A stretch of 64,000 nucleotides of DNA from Polyangia bacterium. GTDB taxonomy: Bacteria; Myxococcota_A; Polyangia; Nannocystales; Nannocystaceae. This document shows, in pieces, positions 56,895-64,000 of this stretch (within the stretch, counting starts at the first letter, position 1; each line of letters opens with the position of its first letter). The position numbers and the translations under genes were made by a program. The stretch covers positions 339,599 to 403,598 of the forward strand of contig JAUIFF010000001.1 in the NCBI GenBank assembly GCA_030429545.1, given 5' to 3'. Under the pieces are notes generated by a model. That model was given only the letters and a program-made list of their open reading frames with translations. It had not been told where the DNA came from and did not search any database.

Positions 56895-57767
56895 TTAAGC
56901 GGCGGGGGACGGTGCCTCGAGATGGGCGAGGTGGTCGACACCGACGTAGCGGCCGCGCTCATCCTGACCGACACGACAGGCGGCGACCTTGGGATCATGG
57001 GTGAAAAACAACCATTCCCGCTGTGTGTGTAGGCGACTGAGCATGCGTTGTTTTTCGTCGATAAGGAGCTCCGGGTAGCGGTCGTAGCCCATTGTGATCG
57101 GTAGGTGGACCCAGGCCAGCCCGGGAATCAGGTCGCCCATGAATGTGATGGGGCCGGGATTTGCTGCCTCGACCCGCGTGAGCATGAGGCCGGGGGTGTG
57201 TCCCTCGGAGTAGCTCAGCCAGTAGTTGGGGCCCAGTGTTTGCGAGCGATGACCCTCGACGATCTCGAGCCGGCCGGTTTGTTGTAACAGCACCTGTAGC
57301 TCGGGAATAAACGAGGCCCGGTCGCGCGGGTGTGGAGCGAGGGCCCGGGCAAAGGCCCTGGCACCCACGACATAGTGCGCGTTTGTAAATACAAGTTTTG
57401 CTGGCTCGTCGGGTTGCCAGGGCGAAAGCAGGCCGCCCGCGTGGTCAAAATGCAGATGGGAAAGGACGATGACATCGATGTCGCCGGGGCGGATCCCATG
57501 TTGCGCGAGGTTGTCTAGGAGGACATGTTCCGATTCACGGACGCCAAATCGCTCGCGCAGTTTCGGCGGGAAGAACGCTCCAATACCGGTCTCTAGGAGC
57601 ACAAGCCGACCGCTCGATTCCTTGATCAGCAGGCATCGACACGCCAACGGAATGCGATTGTGCTCGTCGGCGGGGTACCACCGGGTCCACAGTGCTTTGG
57701 GACAGTTGCCAAACATGGCTCCGCCATCGAGCCATTGCGAGTTTCCCGCCACAGAAATCAGTTCCAT
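56895..57767 (-). CDS. MBL-fold metallo-hydrolase
   Basis: ATG at 57767 verified. [12 protein letters not shown] (the HxHxDH motif) with downstream His/Asp ligands. Confidence 0.75.
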   Translation of the reverse strand: MELISVAGNSQWLDGGAMFGNCPKALWTRWYPADEHNRIPLACRCLLIKESSGRLVLLETGIGAFFPPKLRERFGVRESEHVLLDNLAQHGIRPGDIDVIVLSHLHFDHAGGLLSPWQPDEPAKLVFTNAHYVVGARAFARALAPHPRDRASFIPELQVLLQQTGRLEIVEGHRSQTLGPNYWLSYSEGHTPGLMLTRVEAANPGPITFMGDLIPGLAWVHLPITMGYDRYPELLIDEKQRMLSRLHTQREWLFFTHDPKVAACRVGQDERGRYVGVDHLAHLEAPSPAA

Positions 57768-57896
57768 CGTCACAAGGGTAGCGCGCGTATGCGTGGGCAG
57801 CACCAAGCAGGTGTGAGCTCACAACTGTAGGTGCTCACACAAAAAAATTGGGGTTCGTGATTGCGAAAATAGCGTTGCGAAAATAATGTTAGGTTC

Positions 57897-60800
57897 GTGA
57901 GCTATCGGAAGTTTCAGTGGTCGACTCCTCTCGTCGCAGCTCTCGCTGCCAGCCTCGTAAGCCCTGTTGCTGGGGCCGCTGCCCCCCAGTCGAGCTCTGG
58001 GCCCGGCACCATGCGGCTCGAAGCAAAGTCTGGTGCGAGTGTACGCACGGCGGCTGAACTTGCTTGGCACACGGGTCCAACGACTCGGTCGAAGTTGATG
58101 AACACGGCCTGGGGCCGCCTGCTCGCCGATGTGGCGGATGTCAAAGTTGCCTGGGATACGGCAACAGGGGTTGCCAGTCGCATGGTGTTGGCCGGTGTTG
58201 AAGCGGCCAATAGTGTTGATGATGCAACGATCGCCGAGCAGCATGCGCGGGCATTTCTCGCCAAACACCTCGAGCTGCTAGCCCCGGGCGCCCAGGTGTC
58301 GGACTTCAAGCTCGCGGCCAACAAGCGTCAGGGCAAAACCCGGGCGGTTGGGTTTATCCAAACGTATCAGGGGGCTCCGGTACTCGGTGGGCAAATCGGG
58401 TTTCGCTACCAAAACGATCGTCTCATTCTCGTGAGTTCGGAGGCTGTGCCCCACATCGCAGTGCCGAGGGCCGGATTTGTCATCAGTGACCGTGTGGCCG
58501 AGGAGCGAGCCCTCGATTGGGTTTTGGCCGACGTGAGCCCGCAGGCAGACCTGCGAGGTGCGGTTGCGGCACCTGAGATATTGCCGTTGATCGGAGAGAC
58601 TGGTGTGCTCGAGACCCGCGAGGTCCGGCGGGTCACGATTGACACGACGGCGCCGGTCGGTCGCTACGAAGTATTTGTAGATGCAAAAACAGGGGAGCCG
58701 GTTGCCCGGCGTCAGACCCTGATGTTTGGCCAGGCATCGGTTGTTTACGACACGCCGATTCGTGGTCCCCATGCCGCGCGCGGGACCTACCCGGCGGCCT
58801 TCGCCAACCAAGCGGTCAACGGCGTGCCCACACTCAGCGATGCCGCGGGGGTGGTCAGTTGGGACGGCAGTGGCGTGGTTGATGTACGTGCAAATGTTGA
58901 AGGACCATACATTCGTATTGTCAACGAGGCGGGCTCGGAGGCCTTCAACAATGTCCAGGTTGCCGACGGTGGGCAGGTGCAGTGGGTCGACCCGGGCAAC
59001 GAGCTTGTCGATGCCCAACTGACGACGTTTATCCATACCAACCTCGTCAACAGCTATGTCCGCAACATCGATCCATCGTTTGCCTGGCTCGACGAACAGA
59101 TCAACGGTGTGGTCAATATCGAGGATGTTTGCAATGCCTACTCCGACGGCCACAACATCCACTTTTTCCAGTCGAGCGGACAATGTGCCAACACCGGCCA
59201 GCTGACGGACGTCGTGTACCACGAGTTTGGCCACTCGGCGCACTCCAATGTAATCATCCCGGGTGTTGGTGCATTCGACGGGGCCCTGAGCGAGGGGATT
59301 TCTGATTACCTTGCAGCTACAATCGTTGACGATTCGGGCATGGGCCGGGGATTTTTCAAAACCGATGAACCGCTGCGCGAGCTCGACCCCGATGGCTATG
59401 AATGGCACTGGCCCGAGGATCGCGGCGAGGTCCACTACGAGGGCCAGATCATTGGCGGAACGCTTTGGGACCTACGCCAGCTGCTACGCCAAAAGCTCGG
59501 TGACGCGGCCGGCATTGCCCTGGCAGATCGGATTTTCCTGGAGGGCATTAGCCGTGCCGTCAACATTCCGTCGATGTACCTCGAAGCCCTGGTGATCGAC
59601 GACAACGATGGCAACCTGCTCAATGGCACACCCAATGTCTGTGAGATCAACAAGGCCTTTGGCGACCATGGCCTGCGGACCATGTCGGCTGAGGTCACAG
59701 ACATCGGCCGTGTCGACACCGTGCAAAATGGCTATGAGATCAAGGCATCTGTCGATGGTCTGATTTTCCCCGAGTGCGGCGACATGCTGGGCGATGCCAC
59801 CCTCGAGTGGAAGGTGCGTGGGCAGGCTGGACCGACGAACTCGGTGCCAATGTCGGCGAACGGGCTGGTATTCGCGGCCACAATCCCCCAGCAGGCCCCA
59901 AACACGGTGATTCAGTATCGGGTGCAGGTTGGCTTGGTTGGCGGCAATCCCCAGTCGTACCCGCAAAACCTAGGTGACCCATGGTTTGAGTTTTATGTCG
60001 GTGATGTCGTGCCGCTTTACTGTACAAGTTTTGAGGACAACGACGGCTGGCAGCTGCCTGGCAGTTGGGAAATCGGTCAACCCCAGGGGGCAGGGGGCGA
60101 CCCCGAGGATGCTCGCGGGGGGGACAATGTTCTCGGCACGGTGTTGGGTGGCACAGGCATGTACCCGGCGTTTTCCTCGGATGCGACGTCGTCGCCCATG
60201 GTCGACACCCTCGGGTACGATGTCGTGCGGTTGCAGTACCGCCGCTGGCTTCGGGTCGAGGATTCGTTTTATGACGTCGGCAACATTCTCGCCAACGGTG
60301 GCGAGGTATGGCGCAACACTGAGACGCAGGACGGGACCACCCACCACCTAGACCACCAATGGCGGTTTCACGATGTCGACCTCAGCAGTCGTGTGCAAAA
60401 TGGAAAGGTGCAGCTGCAATTTTCCTTTGAGAGCGACGCCGGGCTCGAGTTTGGTGGTTGGAACATCGACGACCTGTGTATCGTTGGGGTTGGCGATGTC
60501 GAGGGGCCGGGCTCCTGTGGCGATGGGATCATCGACCCCGACGAAATCTGCGACGACGGCCCCGGCAACAGTGCCTCGGTGCCGGATGCCTGCCGGCCAG
60601 ATTGCACGCCGGCCGCCTGTGGAGACGGTGTGGTCGACAGCGGCGAAAGTTGTGACGACGGCAACCTGTGGGGCGGTGATGGCTGTAGCGCGACCTGCAA
60701 CAACGAGTCGGGTGAGAGCGACACGACGACGGCTGGTCCGGAAACCGAGTCGGACTCAGATGGCACGGAAACCGGCGAGACGGATACCGACACCGGCGAC

Positions 60801-60914
60801 TTGGCGGTCGATGGACGGGGCTGTGGCTGCCGCTCGAGCGACGACACGGCGCCAATCGGGACTGCTGCCGTTGCCCTGTTGATGCTCGGGCTTCGTCGAC
60901 GCCGGCGCGACTAG
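57897..60914 (+). CDS. secreted zinc metallopeptidase (HExxH; M4/M36/M6-like) with C-terminal Myxococcus cysteine-rich repeats and MYXO-CTERM-like sorting tail
   Basis: GTG start at 57897, signal peptide (V)[29 protein letters not shown]. Catalytic ...[15 protein letters not shown]... plus ...[13 protein letters not shown]... (Glu-Asp third-ligand region). C-terminal [18 protein letters not shown] / [16 protein letters not shown] repeats. Tail ...[34 protein letters not shown] (GCGC, then hydrophobic, then an Arg cluster). Confidence 0.75.
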   Translation: MSYRKFQWSTPLVAALAASLVSPVAGAAAPQSSSGPGTMRLEAKSGASVRTAAELAWHTGPTTRSKLMNTAWGRLLADVADVKVAWDTATGVASRMVLAGVEAANSVDDATIAEQHARAFLAKHLELLAPGAQVSDFKLAANKRQGKTRAVGFIQTYQGAPVLGGQIGFRYQNDRLILVSSEAVPHIAVPRAGFVISDRVAEERALDWVLADVSPQADLRGAVAAPEILPLIGETGVLETREVRRVTIDTTAPVGRYEVFVDAKTGEPVARRQTLMFGQASVVYDTPIRGPHAARGTYPAAFANQAVNGVPTLSDAAGVVSWDGSGVVDVRANVEGPYIRIVNEAGSEAFNNVQVADGGQVQWVDPGNELVDAQLTTFIHTNLVNSYVRNIDPSFAWLDEQINGVVNIEDVCNAYSDGHNIHFFQSSGQCANTGQLTDVVYHEFGHSAHSNVIIPGVGAFDGALSEGISDYLAATIVDDSGMGRGFFKTDEPLRELDPDGYEWHWPEDRGEVHYEGQIIGGTLWDLRQLLRQKLGDAAGIALADRIFLEGISRAVNIPSMYLEALVIDDNDGNLLNGTPNVCEINKAFGDHGLRTMSAEVTDIGRVDTVQNGYEIKASVDGLIFPECGDMLGDATLEWKVRGQAGPTNSVPMSANGLVFAATIPQQAPNTVIQYRVQVGLVGGNPQSYPQNLGDPWFEFYVGDVVPLYCTSFEDNDGWQLPGSWEIGQPQGAGGDPEDARGGDNVLGTVLGGTGMYPAFSSDATSSPMVDTLGYDVVRLQYRRWLRVEDSFYDVGNILANGGEVWRNTETQDGTTHHLDHQWRFHDVDLSSRVQNGKVQLQFSFESDAGLEFGGWNIDDLCIVGVGDVEGPGSCGDGIIDPDEICDDGPGNSASVPDACRPDCTPAACGDGVVDSGESCDDGNLWGGDGCSATCNNESGESDTTTAGPETESDSDGTETGETDTDTGDLAVDGRGCGCRSSDDTAPIGTAAVALLMLGLRRRRRD

Positions 60915-60934
60915 TCGCGCGCTTCCGGACAAAC

Positions 60935-60992
60935 GGTGAGTATACACGCATAGTCCGCGATGTTGGGTGACCGACATCGGTGTACACTCACC
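60935..60992 (+). promoter_or_regulatory. long imperfect hairpin (13-bp stem, about 32-nt loop) downstream of the metallopeptidase gene
   Basis: ggtgagtatacac (60935-60947) against gtgtacactcacc (60980-60992), 12/13 complementary. No T-run follows, so it may be a processing or attenuator element rather than an intrinsic terminator. Confidence 0.3.
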
Positions 60993-60997
60993 GGTGA

Positions 60998-62017
60998 ATG
61001 TCGCGGCGAAGCAAACTGGTAGCGCTGTTTGTTGTCGCCGGCATCGTGATTTGGTGGCTTGGCTCCGACACGGCCCAGCCACCAGCACAGCCGCAGGCTG
61101 AGAAGCCGCGTGCAGCCCCCCGGCTGACCTCGCGCAGGGTGCTGGCTTCTGCCCCGGAGCGCCAGCCTTCGGCAAGGCAAAACTTGCCAGAAATCACGCT
61201 TATCGATCCGGGTGATGAGCCACGAGAACAGTTGCGTCTACAAATAAATCCGGGGTTGCGTCAAGAACTCGTGCTCGACCTAGAGCTGGTGGTAGCGACG
61301 GCCCTGGCCCAACAGGTTGCGCCGCGCGTGCGCATGCCGACAATGCGGATTCACGCGCTGCTCGAGGTCACGGGGGTTACCGAGGAGGGACACGCCCATG
61401 CCGAGTTTACGATTCGCTATGTGCGCCTGCTCGAAGCGCCAGGTGTGATGCCGGGGTTGGCCAAGGCGTTGCATGACGGCGTGGCCCAAATTGAGGGGTT
61501 TCGCGGTTACTTGGTCGTCGATGCGCGCGGGCGTACGCACGAGGCCGAGTTCGACGCTGCCGATGAGCTGCCCGAGGAGGTCCGCCAGTTGATCGATGGG
61601 TTGCGGGTGGCGATGGACCAGTTGACCTTGCCGTTGCCCGAGGAGCCGGTCGGTCCCGGTGCCTCGTGGGCTGTGATGGTCCAACGCAACCCGCTCGGCG
61701 TTGTTGTGTTTGACCAAGCCGTGACCTACTCGCTGGTCGAACACAACGACGAAGGATTGACCCTCGGGTTTGATATTGTGCAAACCGCTGACAGCCAGTT
61801 GGTGAATATTCCCGACTTGCCGGACGGTGCACGGGTCAAACTTTCGAGCTATGCAGCCGAGGGCAAAGGTCGCAGTGTACTCGCGCTCGACCAGGTATTG
61901 CCGCGCAAAAACCACCTGGAGATGTCGTCGGAGTTGCAGATGACGGTCTCGCTCGGCTCGTTGCGGGAGCCAGCGGCTGTGTTTACCGACATCAAACTCG
62001 CAATCCTCGAGCCCTAG
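60998..62017 (+). CDS. hypothetical N-terminally anchored periplasmic protein
   Basis: MSRRSKLVALFVVAGIVIWWLGS is a signal anchor. Pro/Gln-rich spacer, then a roughly 250-aa domain. Sits immediately upstream of an ECF sigma gene, but its topology does not fit a classical anti-sigma factor. Confidence 0.5.
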   Translation: MSRRSKLVALFVVAGIVIWWLGSDTAQPPAQPQAEKPRAAPRLTSRRVLASAPERQPSARQNLPEITLIDPGDEPREQLRLQINPGLRQELVLDLELVVATALAQQVAPRVRMPTMRIHALLEVTGVTEEGHAHAEFTIRYVRLLEAPGVMPGLAKALHDGVAQIEGFRGYLVVDARGRTHEAEFDAADELPEEVRQLIDGLRVAMDQLTLPLPEEPVGPGASWAVMVQRNPLGVVVFDQAVTYSLVEHNDEGLTLGFDIVQTADSQLVNIPDLPDGARVKLSSYAAEGKGRSVLALDQVLPRKNHLEMSSELQMTVSLGSLREPAAVFTDIKLAILEP

Positions 62018-62114
62018 CCCGGCGGCGTGCCTGTGAAAGGTGCAGCTACAACCGAAGTTGTGGGTGAGCGCATAAATGCGAACCCGCCCGGCAAACAGCC
62101 TCGGTTGACGCCGT

Positions 62115-62759
62115 TTGGCTGGTACCATCGGCACGATGGACGATGACATGGAACTGCTGGCTGCGTGGCGCAGCGGGGACGAACGCGCAGGGGGACGTCT
62201 GGTCGAACGACACTACGCTGCAGTCGAGCGATTTTTTGTCCACAAGGTTGCCGACGAGGCTGCGGCCGACCTGATCCAACGAACCTTCTTGAGTTTGGTC
62301 GAGGCGCGCGAACGTATTCGTGCAGATGCAAATTTTAAAGCGTACCTCCTGGGGATCGCCCGCAACCTGCTTTACAACTACTTTCGTCGCTATCGCCGCG
62401 ATGCAGACCACCTCGATTTTGTCCGGGTGTCGTCGGCCGACTTGGCCCCCTCGGCCCCGTCGCTTATCGCCCAGAATCAAGAGTCGCGGTTGCTGTTTGA
62501 GGCCCTGCGCCGGATTCCCCTCGAGTTTCAAGTGGTGCTGGAGCTCTACTACTGGGAAAATCTCAAGGCCCGCGAGCTCGCCGGGATTTTGGGGATTCCC
62601 GAGGGTACAGCGAGGACTCGTATTCGCCGGGCCAAGATCCTGCTCGAGCAGGCGCTCAAGGACCTGTCGAAGTCACCCGATTTGCTGCGTAGTACGGTTT
62701 CAAACCTCGAGCAGTGGGCGCGGCAGCTTCGTGGGCTACACAACCGCTCGCCGGGTTAG
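62115..62759 (+). CDS. RNA polymerase ECF-type sigma-70 factor
   Basis: Region 2 (...AAADLIQRTFLSLVEARERIRADANFKAYLLGIARNLLYNYFRR...) and region 4 (...LELYYWENLKARELAGILGIPEGTARTRIRRAKILLEQAL...). Confidence 0.8.
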   Translation: MAGTIGTMDDDMELLAAWRSGDERAGGRLVERHYAAVERFFVHKVADEAAADLIQRTFLSLVEARERIRADANFKAYLLGIARNLLYNYFRRYRRDADHLDFVRVSSADLAPSAPSLIAQNQESRLLFEALRRIPLEFQVVLELYYWENLKARELAGILGIPEGTARTRIRRAKILLEQALKDLSKSPDLLRSTVSNLEQWARQLRGLHNRSPG

Positions 62760-62771
62760 CTGCTGATACAT

Positions 62772-62812
62772 CTAAATAAATAAACCAGCGGGCCGATAGC
62801 TGGCCCGCTGGG
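62772..62812 (-). terminator. rho-independent terminator for the minus-strand lipoprotein gene
   Basis: Perfect 10-bp stem ccagcgggcc / ggcccgctgg (62786-62795 and 62803-62812), 7-nt loop. On the minus strand it is followed by TTTATTTATTTAG (complement of 62772-62784). Confidence 0.5.
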
Positions 62813-62862
62813 AGTGACACGGAGAACATAATCGCCCTGGGTAGCCAGGTAGCGAGGTTTGC

Positions 62863-63834
62863 TTAGAAGTGTTTGGTCCACAACAGACCGCGGTTGACAA
62901 AGGTGTCGTGGGCCTCGGCGTCGCTCGGGCAGTGGGCCAGGGGCTCACCGTCGCAGGTGACGTTTTCCCACCACTCGCCTAGGCGGGTGTACTCGCCGAT
63001 ACAGACAGCACCCTCGGTGCTCCACACGGCCTCGTTGTCGAGCGACGAGTCGACAAACGAACTCGATACGCCAAAGTGGTCGACGACTTGGAGAAGTTGC
63101 CCGGGGCTGGTCCAAGACTCACCATTGCCGCAAAAGTCAGCGCGCAACATGCGAATCACCGCTGTGAATTTTTCGGCACCGAGCTCAAACGGCCAGTAAC
63201 CCCAGCGATACGAGGCCTTGCCCATGGCGCCACTGAGGCAGCCGATATAGATCGTGTTGGGTCGCTCCGACACCACGGCCTTGGACTCGTCGACGGTGAT
63301 GTCACCGTAGAGTGCGGCGTCGTACATACCGTTCTCGTCGGCCTCGCACGTGGGCAGACCGTCGTTGAAGGTGACATCGCCAAACCGGTAGAGCCGGCGG
63401 TTGAGCTCGTTGTCGGCGCGGGTGACATCGGCGAGCACGATTTCGGCGATTTCGCCAGTGTTGGGCCCCTCCGTCAGCTCGACCACCCAGATCGACCCGA
63501 TGAACTCCTCAGCGGCAATGGGGGTGCCGCTGATCTGGCCTTCGAGCCGGTCCCCGACCACGCGGATGTCTTCGATAGTTTTTGGGCCCAGGCGAACTTC
63601 GTGGAGAATGACGCCCCCGTGGTCTTGGCCCGCGGTGTCGAACTCGGAGATTTGCGTGTGCCCGAGCCAGTTGGTGTTGAGACCGAGGCCAAACCCGCCA
63701 CCGCCACCACCACCGCCGGTGCCGCGGAAGCTCTGGGTGTTTTGGATGTCGACGGGCTCCTCCTCGGGAAGGTCACAGCCCGTGGCAAGGGCGGAGCAAA
63801 GTGCGAGTCCAGTGAGTAGGTGAAAGCGTTGCAT
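62863..63834 (-). CDS. hypothetical lipoprotein with poly-Gly linker
   Basis: ATG at 63834 verified (MQRFHLLTGLALCSALATGCD, lipobox ATGC). G8 linker (RGTGGGGGGGGFGLG). Roughly 270-aa domain with conserved Cys pairs. The antisense ORF 63076..63819 was rejected. Confidence 0.6.
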   Translation of the reverse strand: MQRFHLLTGLALCSALATGCDLPEEEPVDIQNTQSFRGTGGGGGGGGFGLGLNTNWLGHTQISEFDTAGQDHGGVILHEVRLGPKTIEDIRVVGDRLEGQISGTPIAAEEFIGSIWVVELTEGPNTGEIAEIVLADVTRADNELNRRLYRFGDVTFNDGLPTCEADENGMYDAALYGDITVDESKAVVSERPNTIYIGCLSGAMGKASYRWGYWPFELGAEKFTAVIRMLRADFCGNGESWTSPGQLLQVVDHFGVSSSFVDSSLDNEAVWSTEGAVCIGEYTRLGEWWENVTCDGEPLAHCPSDAEAHDTFVNRGLLWTKHF

Positions 63835-64000
63835 GATGTCCTCCGTCGTGCCGGTGATTGCTAGTGCCCGGCGTGTGTCACGATTCAATTACCCGAGGGC
63901 GGCAAAACAATTGGCCCCTATGAAAAAAAAATTACAAAAACGACGGTAGGTTTTGCTCGGCGCGAAAATGCAGTGTGCTCAGCTCAGTGGCTCTTAAGCC

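Noticed and set aside
60998-62017. Anti-sigma factor for the adjacent ECF sigma
   Set aside because: The protein has an N-terminal signal-anchor rather than a cytoplasmic anti-sigma domain followed by a TM, and it lies upstream rather than downstream of the sigma gene.

Overview
High-GC (about 65-70%) bacterial chromosome window. It has a Myxococcota-like character: abundant lipoproteins, 'Myxococcus cysteine-rich repeat' CDDGN motifs, a MYXO-CTERM-like C-terminal tail, a hybrid GAF histidine kinase, and an ECF sigma factor. All calls are by eye from the six-frame ORF track and local sequence; no searches were run.

About 45 genes are supportable:
- A GldA/GldF/GldG-like ABC transporter operon followed by a DUF4340-like protein.
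- A fused B12-binding/radical-SAM/DUF2344-type protein.
- An S26 signal-peptidase homolog whose catalytic Ser and Lys both appear replaced by Gly.
- XerC/D, an M23 peptidase, a J-domain protein, and an XRE regulator paired with a DUF2178-like membrane protein.
- A hybrid HK plus REC-adenylate-cyclase pair, YqjG-type and canonical GSTs, an MBL hydrolase, and an ABC1/UbiB kinase.
- A 2OG oxygenase next to a stand-alone E2-type acyltransferase.
- Secreted HExxH proteins.

Against this housekeeping background several non-genic or atypical features stand out:
- Two intergenic tandem-repeat arrays bracketing a secreted CxxCH lipoprotein gene.
- A roughly 21-copy 9-bp (PAR)n microsatellite inside a divergent promoter.
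- Two lower-GC islets: one with a frameshifted OMP-like gene, one with convergent paralogous Cys-rich lipoproteins flanked by a 3-copy dispersed 60-85 bp repeat.
- A TerB-like/Coq4-like (HDxxH-x11-E) fusion protein divergent from an AraC regulator.

No rRNA, tRNA, CRISPR or transposase was recognised. Many long antisense ORFs in the track are high-GC artefacts and were rejected.
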